A stretch of 53,628 nt of DNA, filler included, from Sluysia triapertura (taxonomy: Eukaryota): the NCBI GenBank assembly GCA_046118255.1. It is 4 parts of 4 records of this genome, joined end to end, with 100 filler letters (N's around TTAATTAATTAA, not from the genome) between each part and the next. Parts side by side here need not be neighbours in the genome. Positions count along the whole stretch, not along the records: positions 30,704 to 42,308 come from JBJNIA010182901.1; positions 42,409 to 53,628 come from JBJNIA010187224.1; 2 more parts are not named here. One strand, given 5' to 3'. Below are positions 35,041 to 47,217 of this stretch, piece by piece; the first letter of the stretch is position 1; each line of letters begins with the position of its first letter. The notes beneath the pieces were generated by a model, which searched no databases, had not been told where the DNA came from, and saw only the letters and a program-made list of their open reading frames with translations. The position numbers and the translations under genes are program-made.

Positions 35041-37884
35041 CATGTACTTACAAAATTATATAAAATAAGATTGTAAGCATATATTTGATTGTAGAATAAA
35101 ATTGGTTGTACGGGAAATATTCATAATACAAAATAATTGATAAAAGTTTTCGTTAAAATGTAATGTCACTGAAAAATACTACATAACAAGATATAAAAGA
35201 TAATCAATCTGGTTGGTTGAGAATATTGAGAAGTTTAATGGAAATATTGTTGGAATAGATAACATTTGATACTTTTGGAGAATATTTTGAGATTAATTTT
35301 AGTATTTGTGGTCATTCCAAACTTTCTTACACTATTATAAACATAATAAATTAACTAAACAATACATTCCCATTCACTTATTCATCATCTTAGCTTTTTT
35401 ACACTTTTACACTCCACTCCGATACTAATTATATAATGTTAAATTAATTCGTATTAAAAATTTAAATAATTAATTTAAGAATTTTAAATTTATATTTAGC
35501 TTATTATTATTGTTTTATTTTTTGTTTATGTGAAGTTGTTGGATTACTTTATTTGGGATTGGATGCATTTTTTGGTATTTTCAAAAACAAATACTATAAC
35601 TAAGTATTAATAAAAGCAGGTTTTTAATTAGATTTTAAAAAATTATATTTATTACTTTTTTAATAAAGTTTGTTTATTTATCGGTTTTTCTTGGCTGTTA
35701 TATCCAAAGAAAACTGTAACGATGTTGCAATTAAGTGTTTGTTATTTAGAAACAAATAACTTTAATGAAGCAGTAGAATTACTTACAATATACAAGTCTT
35801 ATTATTAAGATGATAAATCTAAAGCTTAAGCCTCTAAAGGATTAAAAAATCATATTGAATCGATCCATTTCACACAAATGCTATAAAATTTTATGTTTCT
35901 GAAACTGAATTCGATATTGATTTTTTATTGCAATCTTACAATAGTGTTCATAACAAACCAGAAATGTATGAAGTACTCATCGTGTATTTTACATCAGTTA
36001 CAATTATGAAATTTCTTAGTTCTTTTTGGAAGTTGCTACAATTAAAGAGGATCATCGAATATTGAGTGAACTGTTGGAAATTTTGGAAAAATGTAAATGA
36101 TAGCATTTTCTAATCTGCTCTTAAATTATGGATGTTAAAGCGGATTATTTTGAATTTCAATGCACAATTTTTGAATTTATTGAAATTTTTCAATGAGGTT
36201 TTTATCAGTAAACGCTTTTTTTATGATTTTTCTTTTGTGATTTAGTGATCCAAAATTTTTACTTAATATTTGTGAATTCGAGTTTCAGTTGGCCTTAAAT
36301 ATAAATTTTATTGCATTAAAGATTTTAAGTTTAATATTGTGTTATCATAATTTGAATTCATATATTATCGTAAAAATACCATGTATAAGAGACGCTCTTT
36401 ATAAAGTTTTTAAAGCCCATGTTTTTTTCTGTAGATAAGCCTCGGCTTATCCATGGAAACATAAGTATTTGAATTTTTTAGCATCGTTTATATATCACTT
36501 TAATGATTGTTTTTAAGATATAAAGGTTACCCTATTAAATCTTTATTTAAAAACTATGTTAAACTTCTCTTTTCACAAACTAAAGTTGTCTTTTTCTGTT
36601 GTTTTAAAATCCCGTATATAAGTCTCAGTAAATATTTAAAAAAACAACTTTTTATCTTAGATAAGCCGCGGTTTATGCATGAGTGATAAGAATAAGAATT
36701 TCTTATGTCTTCTAATTAAAATTATTAAGTTATTGTTAACGTTGTTCCTTAAGCGCCCTAAGACCATCATGATTCTTTAGTCATTAAATACAATTTTAAT
36801 AATTTTAAATGTAATTATCTTACCTTAAAATTAAAGCATTAGTTGAAATATTGTTGGAGCATCTATTACTTGAAAAATATTTAGAGACATTATAGGATAA
36901 GTACGTTACCCTGTACTTAAAATACTGTTCAAATTAATTTTAAAAAATCGTTTCAGAAATATACGTTTATTAACTCGAATATTTCGTGGACGGATTTACA
37001 TTTTTAGAGATTATGATATTTTTAAGTCAGATTTATAATTCATTCAATCATATTTATATATTTGATAATTAACACTTTAATTTCGATTAAATAACGAAAC
37101 GTTTGTAGTTACATGTAATGACAAATGTATGATTGTTCAAATAATCTTCAGTATCACATAGTGTCAAGCAGGTTTCATTAACAGTGTGACTATCAAGGTT
37201 AAATAACTCCAGGTGATTTATGTGCATGGAAAATATATCAAATAAATATTACAGCATTTTGTGTATTGTCTTTAAAAATATTTTATCGTTAAATAATTAT
37301 AACAATTAATCATCTAAAACCTCAGTAATACTTACGTTATTATGAAAATACACACAATAAAGGTTGATTGGTAAAAGAGAATTTTAATATTATATTTAAA
37401 AATGAAAAATAACTTCAATATATTAATTAATAAATTTAATTTGTTATTTGTATTTTATAATTAGTTTAATATTATTTGTAATACTCGAAAGAAACATTTT
37501 ACAGATTTGGAATTAATATTACAAGTAATAATATCAAAGACGATACTATAATTAGATACTTGAAGTGTCAGTTTGGATAATAAATTATCCTTTAAATTGT
37601 AAGACAATAGATACATTAATATTAATAAGTACAAGTATTTATTCAGTAATTGTTAGAATATGTGTATTTAAGGTATCTTCACAAACAATTTTTACACTTC
37701 AATGAAATTCAATATAAACCATAGTTCAAAATATGAATGCTTTAATGAAATTCATTTTCTGTTTATTATATTGCAGAATTAATCACTAATAAAACAATCA
37801 ATAATAATTTATTAGTTTGTAAAATAGTATTATGGAAAATAATATCTACTGTAAAACAAATATTCAAAAGTGCTTAAAAATAAT

Positions 37885-38380
37885 ATTTCTGAAACATAAA
37901 AGACATTCCTTTTTCTTAAGTAATTCTTAATCTTTCAGAAATTTAACATCATCTGGTAACTGGTTGTATATTTTTGAAACAAACGGTATATTATCATTGT
38001 GGATTCCGTATTAGTTAATATATTTAATTTGTTTTCCGAATTTTTTATTATTTCCAAAATATATTCAGGATTTCCGTAATGGAAGTATTTTAATTCTGCT
38101 TTTGCTTTGATTTGTAACCAATATAATTTTTTAAGATAAGGTATTACATGAGATCTTACTTGAAAATTAGTCTTGGTAACAGATTAATTATTAATTGTGA
38201 TTTTTTCACTTTTCTATATGAAATTGAGTACAATATACCATTGTTAAAATCTGTTATTAGTTATCAATGAATGAATAATTAGTTTAGTTGTTTCTTATTA
38301 ATAAATTTTCGAATATTTGATATTTTCTTTAATTGATATTAACAATTTAATTAATATTTTTCCATGTTCATTGTGAATCC
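37885..38380 (-). mobile_element. LINE 3' fragment, inverted copy of 31405-31915
   Basis: Near-continuous reverse-complement match over ~500 bp (e.g. TTTTGCTTTGATTTGTAACCAATATAATTTTTTAAGATAAGGTATT). Confidence 0.85.
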
Positions 38381-38569
38381 ATATAGAATCCAATATATTT
38401 TAATCAAAAAGTATCAGTAAGTTTCTATATTAAAGCATTGCATCTTACCTATGGTGTAAATCGTTATTTCTTTGACTGTCTTTTTCTTGATTGTGTGCCT
38501 TTTTACTTATATTTTCGGAATGTAAAATTCGGACAACTTTCATTCAAACTGACAATAAAATGTCACAAT

Positions 38570-39363
38570 TAAGTGATAAGGCTACTTCGAATAAATAAAC
38601 AATTTACTGTAAAACTTCTTTTATTTCCCACCCCACTTTTTAACAATAAACATTCTCAATTTCTTATTTCTCCAACTCTACTTAGGAAAAATTCTAGGGA
38701 GCTCCTTGGTGCTTTCAAGGAGCTAAACGTTGGAGAGGATCCGAAAGTTGGACCCAAGATTTTGTTTATTTGTTTATTGTAAAACAAATAATTTTATTAA
38801 AACTTTCTTGACAATTACCAAAATTTGAGTAACTAAAATAAGCTTTAAGCATTTATTAAACAAAGAAATTATTGGATTGTTAACTAAATGTTTTATTAAA
38901 CATAAAATATTGAGCGATAAATATTGAAAGATCCTTGAACATATTGATGGTATTATGCTAAAATATTTGATATAAAAATAAGAATTAAATAAAAAATAAT
39001 AATCAAAATTGAAATGTAATATGTGGTATGATAAATAATATACCTTTGTGAGGGTTTCTTGACAAAACAGTTCGTGAATCAGTACATTGAATTGTAATCG
39101 ATATTCATGACTTATGTTTGAAGACATTAATGAGCAAGGATCATTGTTTGTAAATTGTTCAAGAACTAATAACAAAATTATGTATTGAGTATTTCGTTTA
39201 ACATCAAAAAATTTATCATTGTGTTAGATAATTAATGAAGTTAGAGGTAATAAAAGAAATTCCATTTTGGTTTATTGTTATTTTAATGTTTATTGATGTA
39301 ATGAATGTTTAGGTGTTGTATTGTGATGTATGAAAATTTTGTGTGAATAAGTTGGCCACCACA
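38570..39363 (-). mobile_element. TGTGGTGG-family cassette, MEFLL subfamily (U10), with a convergent plus-strand gene fragment
   Basis: GTTGGCCACCACA at 39351-39363 (13/13 match to the start of U4); ATGGAATTTCTTTTA on minus; intron GTATAT...TTTTAG (~38958-39042); plus-strand RELLGAFKELNVGEDPKVGP at ~38696-38755. Confidence 0.7.
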
Positions 39364-40090
39364 TTAATGAGCAATTTATTTGAGAGTAGAACAATTATGG
39401 TGTTCAATGATGCATTTAATCCATTTTAATACAATTTCAACTTAGATTTTACATGTTAAAATAACATCACTTTATATGTGAATCTAATATTTAATATGCA
39501 ATGACTCACAATGATATAACATTTTATCCAGGTTATAATACTAAATTTACCTATAATTTTATTTTTATAAACATAGTGTGCTCTCAACATTGAAACAAAA
39601 TAGACATTGTGAAAATAGATGCAATTGGAAACAAATTATATACTACTTATAATTTTTGATAAAATTAATTCTTTTTAAATCTACAGTTAGAAAAAATATT
39701 TTTCTTCAAACTATTAACTACAAACATTCTGCAATCACAGGAATTTCCAAAGCATCTATTGGAGTATAAAAATAAGTCAAATGTCAATGCACGATCGATG
39801 TGGCATACTTAATGATGAGTATTAGTTAGCAAGAGTGTATTGGGCTCTGGAAAAATATTTGTATTTTTTACGAAATCTTATTATTGAATTCACATTATAA
39901 TAAAATTGATGAAATTTATAAAAATTACGTCTCATTTTGTCAAATGCATTCTTCATTGTGTTATTTATTTTTTGATATCATTAGTTATAAATTTAAAAGT
40001 TATATTTTATTTATTATTTCTGTCAAAAAAAATATATAATTATAAAATAATAGAAATAAAACTCTTAATTAAGATTCCATTGGCATTTAG

Positions 40091-40358
40091 GTGTCTCACA
40101 AACCATTCAAATTGATGCATTTGTTACAATTAGACAGTTTGGAAGATAAACATGAATTAATGGCAACATTAGCTATTCCAGTGCCAAAATCTGAATGCAC
40201 CAATCATAATAGTAGTAGTCTCAGTTATAATCTTGGTTTACATATGGATTCAAGCAATATTTCTCAATTGAGTAATAAAACCAAAATACCCATTTATTCA
40301 TCTATTTGGAACGGTTTGGGTAATAATTCAACTTCTGTCCCACCTCATACAAAATCAA
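40091..40358 (+). CDS. Exon of a host gene (belongs to the EF-hand-like gene or to the GTPase N-terminus)
   Basis: TTTAG| acceptor, open frame VSHKPFKLMHLLQ...VPPHTKS, phase-1 donor A|GTAATT matching the next exon. Confidence 0.55.
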
Positions 40359-41414
40359 GTAATTGTATTGTATTATAAAAATTCAATGAAAATATCGATT
40401 ATGAATTTATTTTTTTCCTCTCACGAGCTTTTTGTACATGAAAATTTGATTCTTTGAAATGACAAGTTGGTTTTTTTATGTATATGGCTTTGGCACAAAA
40501 ATAGAATTTCTACTCAAAAGTGAGATTTTAGTAAACTAGATTTGAAATGCACGACAAAGGCATCTGTAATTATTTTATTCATGTTAAAGTTACATATAAA
40601 TATCACAACATTAATGTTCTTATTTTATATTTATTTTTTTAAAATAAGGCAGGATTGTGTTTTTAAAATTTCAAAAATGGATAATTGGAAAAAATAATTT
40701 CTTTTTGATATTTCTTTTGAATGTGTAAATATGTTATAAAATCAATAACTTTAATATAAATTTAGTTTAACCAAAGTTGCAGATGATGAGTCTGACTCGT
40801 CATTGTAATTTAACATAAGTGTGGAGTTTTCTTGCAGTAATGTGCGTCAATTCTCTAACATGTAACAATTGACAAGCGAAAGTAAATACGTTCAATATGT
40901 TTAAAAGGTTCAAATAAACTCAATGTATTAACAAATTTTTAGTTTTAAATGGTCGTTAATAAAATAATTGTATTTTAATAAAGTTTTAGTCAATTTTCAA
41001 AGGTTTTAGGATCCAAAAATGTTTTAGTAAAACTCACACTTTACATTGGTTGTCAACTATTTGTGATTTCCATGAGATATGGTTTCGGAAAGAATTAAAG
41101 ATTGTGAATCCTTTATTTATTCATGCATTTAAATTTAGGAGCGGTAGTTATACTGATAGTCAAACAAATAATTTATGGTTTATATACTAAATTGAATTTA
41201 TAGATTAGTTTATTTAACCTATGTTTGTCATCTTAGTGTAATTTTATCGTAACATTTTTTGACTATTTATAGGACAGATCTTTAAAATAAATCTAGCACA
41301 TGTAAGAACAATAATGTTAGTTCTTTTATTAAAGATTTATTTAAAAAGACCTTAATAAATAATTAAGTAATAAAAAATATAACTTATTACAATAATTTGA
41401 TTTTAATTTTAAAG

Positions 41415-41610
41415 ATTCATTCAATCAAAACCACCGATTAACAGAATGGTTAGTTGAAGTACCAGTTAGATTGAGAGCTCTTCCGGAGTTTTGCCGCCAA
41501 ATATCACTATCACTTGGTGCTTGTGCATCTTTCATTTCCTGTCATATTTCAAATTCGAGTGTTGGTAATAATGAAGATTTTACTCATATCACCTCTAACA
41601 GTCTTTCAAA
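41415..41610 (+). CDS. Exon following 40091-40358
   Basis: TTTTAAAG| acceptor, open frame NSFNQNHRLTEWLVEVPVRLRALPEFCRQISLSLGACASFISCH..., consensus donor AA|GTAAGT. Confidence 0.6.
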
Positions 41611-42234
41611 GTAAGTTTTTAACTTAAGTTAAATCTATAATTTGATAACTACAAAAATCTAACTTTAGATATGTGTTAGATAGAATTTGCCTGTTATGTA
41701 TCTCCTGAACAGGACACAGTTCTTCATAATATGTTCTTTCCGAGATTATTTGTGATTTTTAATGTTTTTATACTTTTATACACTTAAATATTGGTATAAA
41801 ACTGTTTAATCAAATACGTCATATTTTCTATGTAAAAGACTGACACTATCTTTATATTCAGTTTCAGTATTGCTGCTAGGTTTTTTTCCTTTCAGCTAAT
41901 ATGGGTCCGCCTAGAGAGTACGTTTTACGTGAGTTATCACTACGTCTCTATAGGAATTTGTAATGTTGGTGGAGTACGTAATCGGAGATGAAGGATTGAA
42001 CCGCTTCAGTAATATTGTTAAGATTTGTGCTATTTTTAATTTATACTGTTTAATTATAATTCGGCATATAACACCTTTAATATTTCATTTATTAACATTT
42101 ATTAATAATTAAACTTATTAGATTTATTTGTTTTATTAATGATTCAACATTCACATTTATTATATTCTCAACTTTCACATTATAACCAACTTTTGTTCGA
42201 TAAACATGTTAAATATCCTGCTTATTTACTTATG

Positions 42235-42236
<2 letters not shown>

Positions 42237-42308
<72 letters not shown>
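42237..42308. repeat. (TTA)n microsatellite abutting gap 42309-42408
   Basis: Direct reading. Confidence 0.95.
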
Positions 42309-45300
42309 NNNNNNNNNNNNNNNNNNNNNNNNNNNNNNNNNNNNNNNNNNNNTTAATTAATTAANNNNNNNNNNNNNNNNNNNNNNNNNNNNNNNNNNNN
42401 NNNNNNNNATTGGCATCCATTGTTAAAATTTTAAAAATGATTTGTTAAAACAAAATTTCTTATATAGATTTAAAATATTAAATATTCTTATGAAATTTCT
42501 TTTTTCTAATAAAATTCTTAGTTAATTTGTTCTAAAAATCAAATTAATATTTCATTTTTTTGTTCAAAAATTTCAATTTATTGTTGTTTTATAATAAATC
42601 TAATATTCACTTTATTTTATAAAAATAAAATAATTATAAAATGTAGAGAATATATATCATTAATTATAAAATATAAGCCAAAAATAATGTCCAAATAAAT
42701 TAATGTATATCAACTTCAACAATATGTCTAAATTATGTCTAAATCATGTCAACTTCAACATATATGTTTTGTAAAACTTTAGAAAATATTGTCTTTTTAC
42801 ATACAATCACTTTATTTTCTGCCGACCCTAATAGAATGATTATCAAAATGATGTGATTATTTTCTGGGCTTATATAATGGTGTTTGTGAGATTTTGTCGA
42901 ATGCATGGACGGCATACATATAAGATGGTCTCTAGACCAAGAGAAAACATGCATTGTTTGTAGTTTATGGTCAGTGTGACAGAATGTGCAGAATGATATT
43001 TGTCGCTATTTCTTGAATATGGATATTAAACCGACATCTTACTGGGAATTTATTTCGATGACCGACATCGTTAAGTATCATCAAGTAAGTTTTAGTCTTA
43101 TTTAATGTGACGTATAAATTCATAAAACCTTCGATATATTAATGGCATAGACTTTTACTTATCAAAATTCAAGAATCCTTGTTGATACTTATATCAAGAT
43201 GAATATAAACAAGACTAAAATTTTTATTACATGTACATAAAACAAATACATATTTATACTTTTTAAATAAATTTTTAGTGTTTATTTCTCATCGTTCATT
43301 GATTAAAAAATCCGTTGAAATTTAATAAATTTTTTAAAGATATTTTTAATAATTATGCGATAGTAATTGCTATAGATAATAAGCGTCTTCAATTCTAAGA
43401 CTGATGAAATGCTATGTATTTATAACCTCGAAGTCAAAATTTAAATCTACAAAATATTAATACCAATAATTCAGACTCTCTGTAACCGGATCTCTTTGCG
43501 TTGCACATAACATATTCTAAATTTATTAGATCCAATGAAACTGTAGACTTTTCCTTTTTCAAATCTTTGTTGACTAGTTTTACCAAGCTAATTAATTTTA
43601 ACCTCAAACGTTCAAACGAACTCTTACTTATTCTTCATGATTCTTGCTCGAACTCTTACAAATTTCATCACTCAGTATTCTATTCTATTTTCTTACCTAT
43701 ATAAAGTTCTATTTACCAAACCTCCACCATCCTTTTCTAAATACTGAAAGCTGCATAATTCATCATTTTAAGCGCATTAATACCATGAAATTATAACAAT
43801 TTAAAAACATCAACATAAAATCCCGAGTTTATAAAACTCTTCATCGCAAAACACATTATGTGGTTATTATTGAATTAAGAAATAAAATAGTAAAAATTAA
43901 CCAAGACGCGTATCCTATTTTTCAAGTTTCTGCGTATGTAGAAATTAATAATTTTAATGGAACATATTTATTTATACTAATTTTTACAAACTAAAGCAGG
44001 AAATTACACGTTATTGAAATTAAACTTGTTAAAAGACACGAATCAAATAATTAACAATAGTAAAGAATTCTTTTACGAAGATATAATGTTAACCACTGAG
44101 TTAAAATGCGAGAATTGGTAGATAATTGTATTTTAGATTGATAAAAATTATATTTTATCAAAATATTGTAGTTAGTGGTTAAATAAAGTTTGTGATACAT
44201 TGAAAGTCAATAATATATGTAAATACAACAGATTACGACGGTTTACTACAAAGACGCTCTTATGAACGGAATTATTTGGTTGTACATAATAATATTTTTG
44301 CGACAAGAATATTGCAAGAGTATCACGTAAGAAACTGTAATTATAAAATAATAATAATAATGAAATATTAATTAAAATAAACAATTGTAAAAATGTAAAT
44401 TAATATGTAAACTAAATGAATGTAATAATATGTAAGTTATTTTCAAATTTCTTTTAGATTTTTATAGAAATATTTTAATAATTATTTATAAAATCATACT
44501 AAATTAGAATAATTAATTATAATTTCATACTAATTAGATTTTCAGATAATTTAAAATATAAATATTAATTTACAAATGTTGAAGTTCTAAAATTTTTTAT
44601 CTAAAATTTTAATCTAAAAATTTTTATCAGTCTTTAATTAACACGTTTGAAAAAACTTTTATTTTCGTTTATGGATTCGGTGAACACATTTATAGATTAA
44701 TTATTGTTCAATTATAAAGTTTAAAGTAATAAAATAATAATTTAAACTGTTATAAATATCATATTATTAGACTATCGATAATTAATATAAAATAAATAGA
44801 TTTGGAAAATACTACACGAAGACTACACTATAGATCTACACATTTTTATACATCTATTAACGAAGTGATTCATCAAGTCTCGACAAATTTTGAACGCTCC
44901 ACAAAAATTATAGCTATTCGTTTGTCCAGCTGCTTTAGATTTCTTACAATTCTTATTGGAAAGAGACATTTCAATCTTTATCTACTAGATATACAAAAAT
45001 ATTCCGGATTTGATCAAAATTTTTAATATGTTCCATGAATTCATAAGTTTATTTGTGTTAAGTTTACGCTATAATTTTAGCGTCAAAATCGACGTAAAAT
45101 AACTTCATTTCGACAACCAAGTATTCACCTGAGTCAAATTTAATTTTTAAAATCATAAACAAATTTTGGAGCAATCATCAATTTTAATAATCACAATTTT
45201 AATAATATATGTATATTTACATCTTATCTAATTCTGTATTCTAAAGTTTTATTATTTGCCGAATAAATTTTTTGTTATTAATTCTCTTATTCGTTAATAA

Positions 45301-46868
45301 TAATTAATAAAGCAAGTTAGAAGAATTAATATTGAAAGAACTAAAGTATAAACGATTTTAGAATAAAATAAAATTCATAACGTTAAGAATTTTATAATTA
45401 AGAAACCATTGGAAAGTATTTGTGACAATTATGAACGATCCTCATTTGATAACATTAATTGCTACTAAACTTGTTAAAGAAAGCTTGTCATAGTTTATTT
45501 GACTTAACTCTTATAATTTGTGTTTTCTTTAAATCATAAATTATAGGCGGACCCTTCACATATAAACTCGTTTCACAATTGTTGATATTTTAAGCAAGAG
45601 TACCAACAGGTAAAAATATCATTTATTTGTAAAGGTTTATAAAATATTTTATTAACAAATATATTCGAAATTGTTTAATCAAAAACGTAGTGCTGACGTA
45701 TAACACGAGGAATTATTTTCATGCTAAAAGTTATTACAATAAGAGAAAGTCATATCAAAAGTTAAGATGATGTTTAAATGAAGAAATATGTTATAAAAAT
45801 CTTATTTTATAATTGATGCATTTTAACAAGAATTTTAGCCGTCATTAAATCTGACGAAATAAAGTTACAAGTTTTTTACCTGTATATAAGGTTTTCGTTA
45901 ATATAAACCACTTTCTAAATGAACTTACTAGATTATTACATAATTAGATGGCTACGAATTATTGAGAGTTGTTACTATTAATATCACAAAATTAATGGTG
46001 ACTAAATTGTGATCGTGGTTGAAATTTTCATTGGTTTATATACCAGCTTCTATCCAATCACCTTCTGCACTATAAAATAAAATCATTTTTATCTTGAATA
46101 CTTACTTTTGTAAGTAAATAATTATTTGAAATTTATTTTTATCATATTTTAAAATAATATTATTTATTATTATTATATATCTATTCTTGTAAGTAGATCA
46201 TTTTTTATAATTAATGAATTTAAATTTTTTCCATAATGATTTTTATTAATAAATATTACTTTCCAAATGAGATGGTGATGCTTTCGAGCTAACATTTTTA
46301 AAAGGTCGATGAAATCTTTCCTAAACTGATAAAATCCCATTAAATTGTAATACATTTAATCTAGTAACTTGTTTTATGTTATCTTTCAATATATTTAACA
46401 GCATTTGAAATTTGATAGCAATAATATTTAATTCGGATTTACTCATTTATCCATTCATTCATTAAGTAAAATCCAAACTATAAAATAAACTATTTTAAAT
46501 AAGGGAAAATCAATAAATGATATAGTTTTAATCTGACATAAAATTAATCGTATTATTGTTTTTCAATAGTCATTTTAAAGAGACTCATAAAATCACGTTT
46601 AAATAAGGACAACCTTTTCAATGTTGGAAATAAAAGTTCTAAAGAGTCATCGACTCATTTACAAGCATTATAACATTAAAAGAGTTCACTTAGTATAGTT
46701 TTACTACAAGTGTAAAGTGAAAATTAAAAATAATTACGATTCCTTCATAAGTTCAGATCTTTGATTCTTTCACAAAAAAACCTGCACAAGTCATTAAGTT
46801 TGTAATGGTGAACTCATTAATTTAATTATGACTTTAAGTCATTTACTTTAAGAAAAACGTCAATTATA

Positions 46869-47217
46869 TCTATATATGTATAAAAATGAATTATGACTGT
46901 CTGTGTGTACTTGGTAGATTCAAAAACCATACAAATCGCCGTAAAAATTTGGGAAATTATTAGTTATATCCCAGGGAAGGTTTTTGACAATTTTTTTAAT
47001 CAGAGTTGGGGTTCTAGGTGCGACCATGGTAACCATGATTATGTATGTTTTGTACATATGTTATATTCAAATGACATATATGTAGGGATAATTTTATTGT
47101 TAATTTTCATTTTGATGTATTGTATACATTTAATCATTAATAAATTATGTTTGATGCATCAAAACTGCCTTTTTGTTCAGATTTTTAACACAGCAACGCC
47201 TGATCGGGTATAGCTAG
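46869..47217 (+). mobile_element. Complete non-autonomous Helitron-like element
   Basis: A|TC 5' end, imperfect subterminal hairpin (GCCTGATCGGGT), CTAG|T 3' end, no TSD; three copies in window. Confidence 0.8.

Noticed and set aside
38747-38760. TGGGTCCAAC (minus) as an LTR primer-binding site
   Set aside because: Not directly after a CA terminus, different upstream context in the 49.26 kb copy, and better explained as plus-strand coding (KVGP).
41868-42030. IAARFFSFQLIWVRLESTFY / VIGDEG as GTPase G1/G2 exons
   Set aside because: Motif order wrong, no GKS, and would need a 25-nt intron.
30387-42360. Poly-Val and poly-Leu ORFs (30387-30659, 42139-42360)
   Set aside because: Translations of microsatellites running into gaps.
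44799-45026. ORF with ...TILIGKRHFNLYLLDI as the missing GTPase G2/G3 exon
   Set aside because: Lacks DxxG and has no suitable donor before its stop; resemblance too weak.
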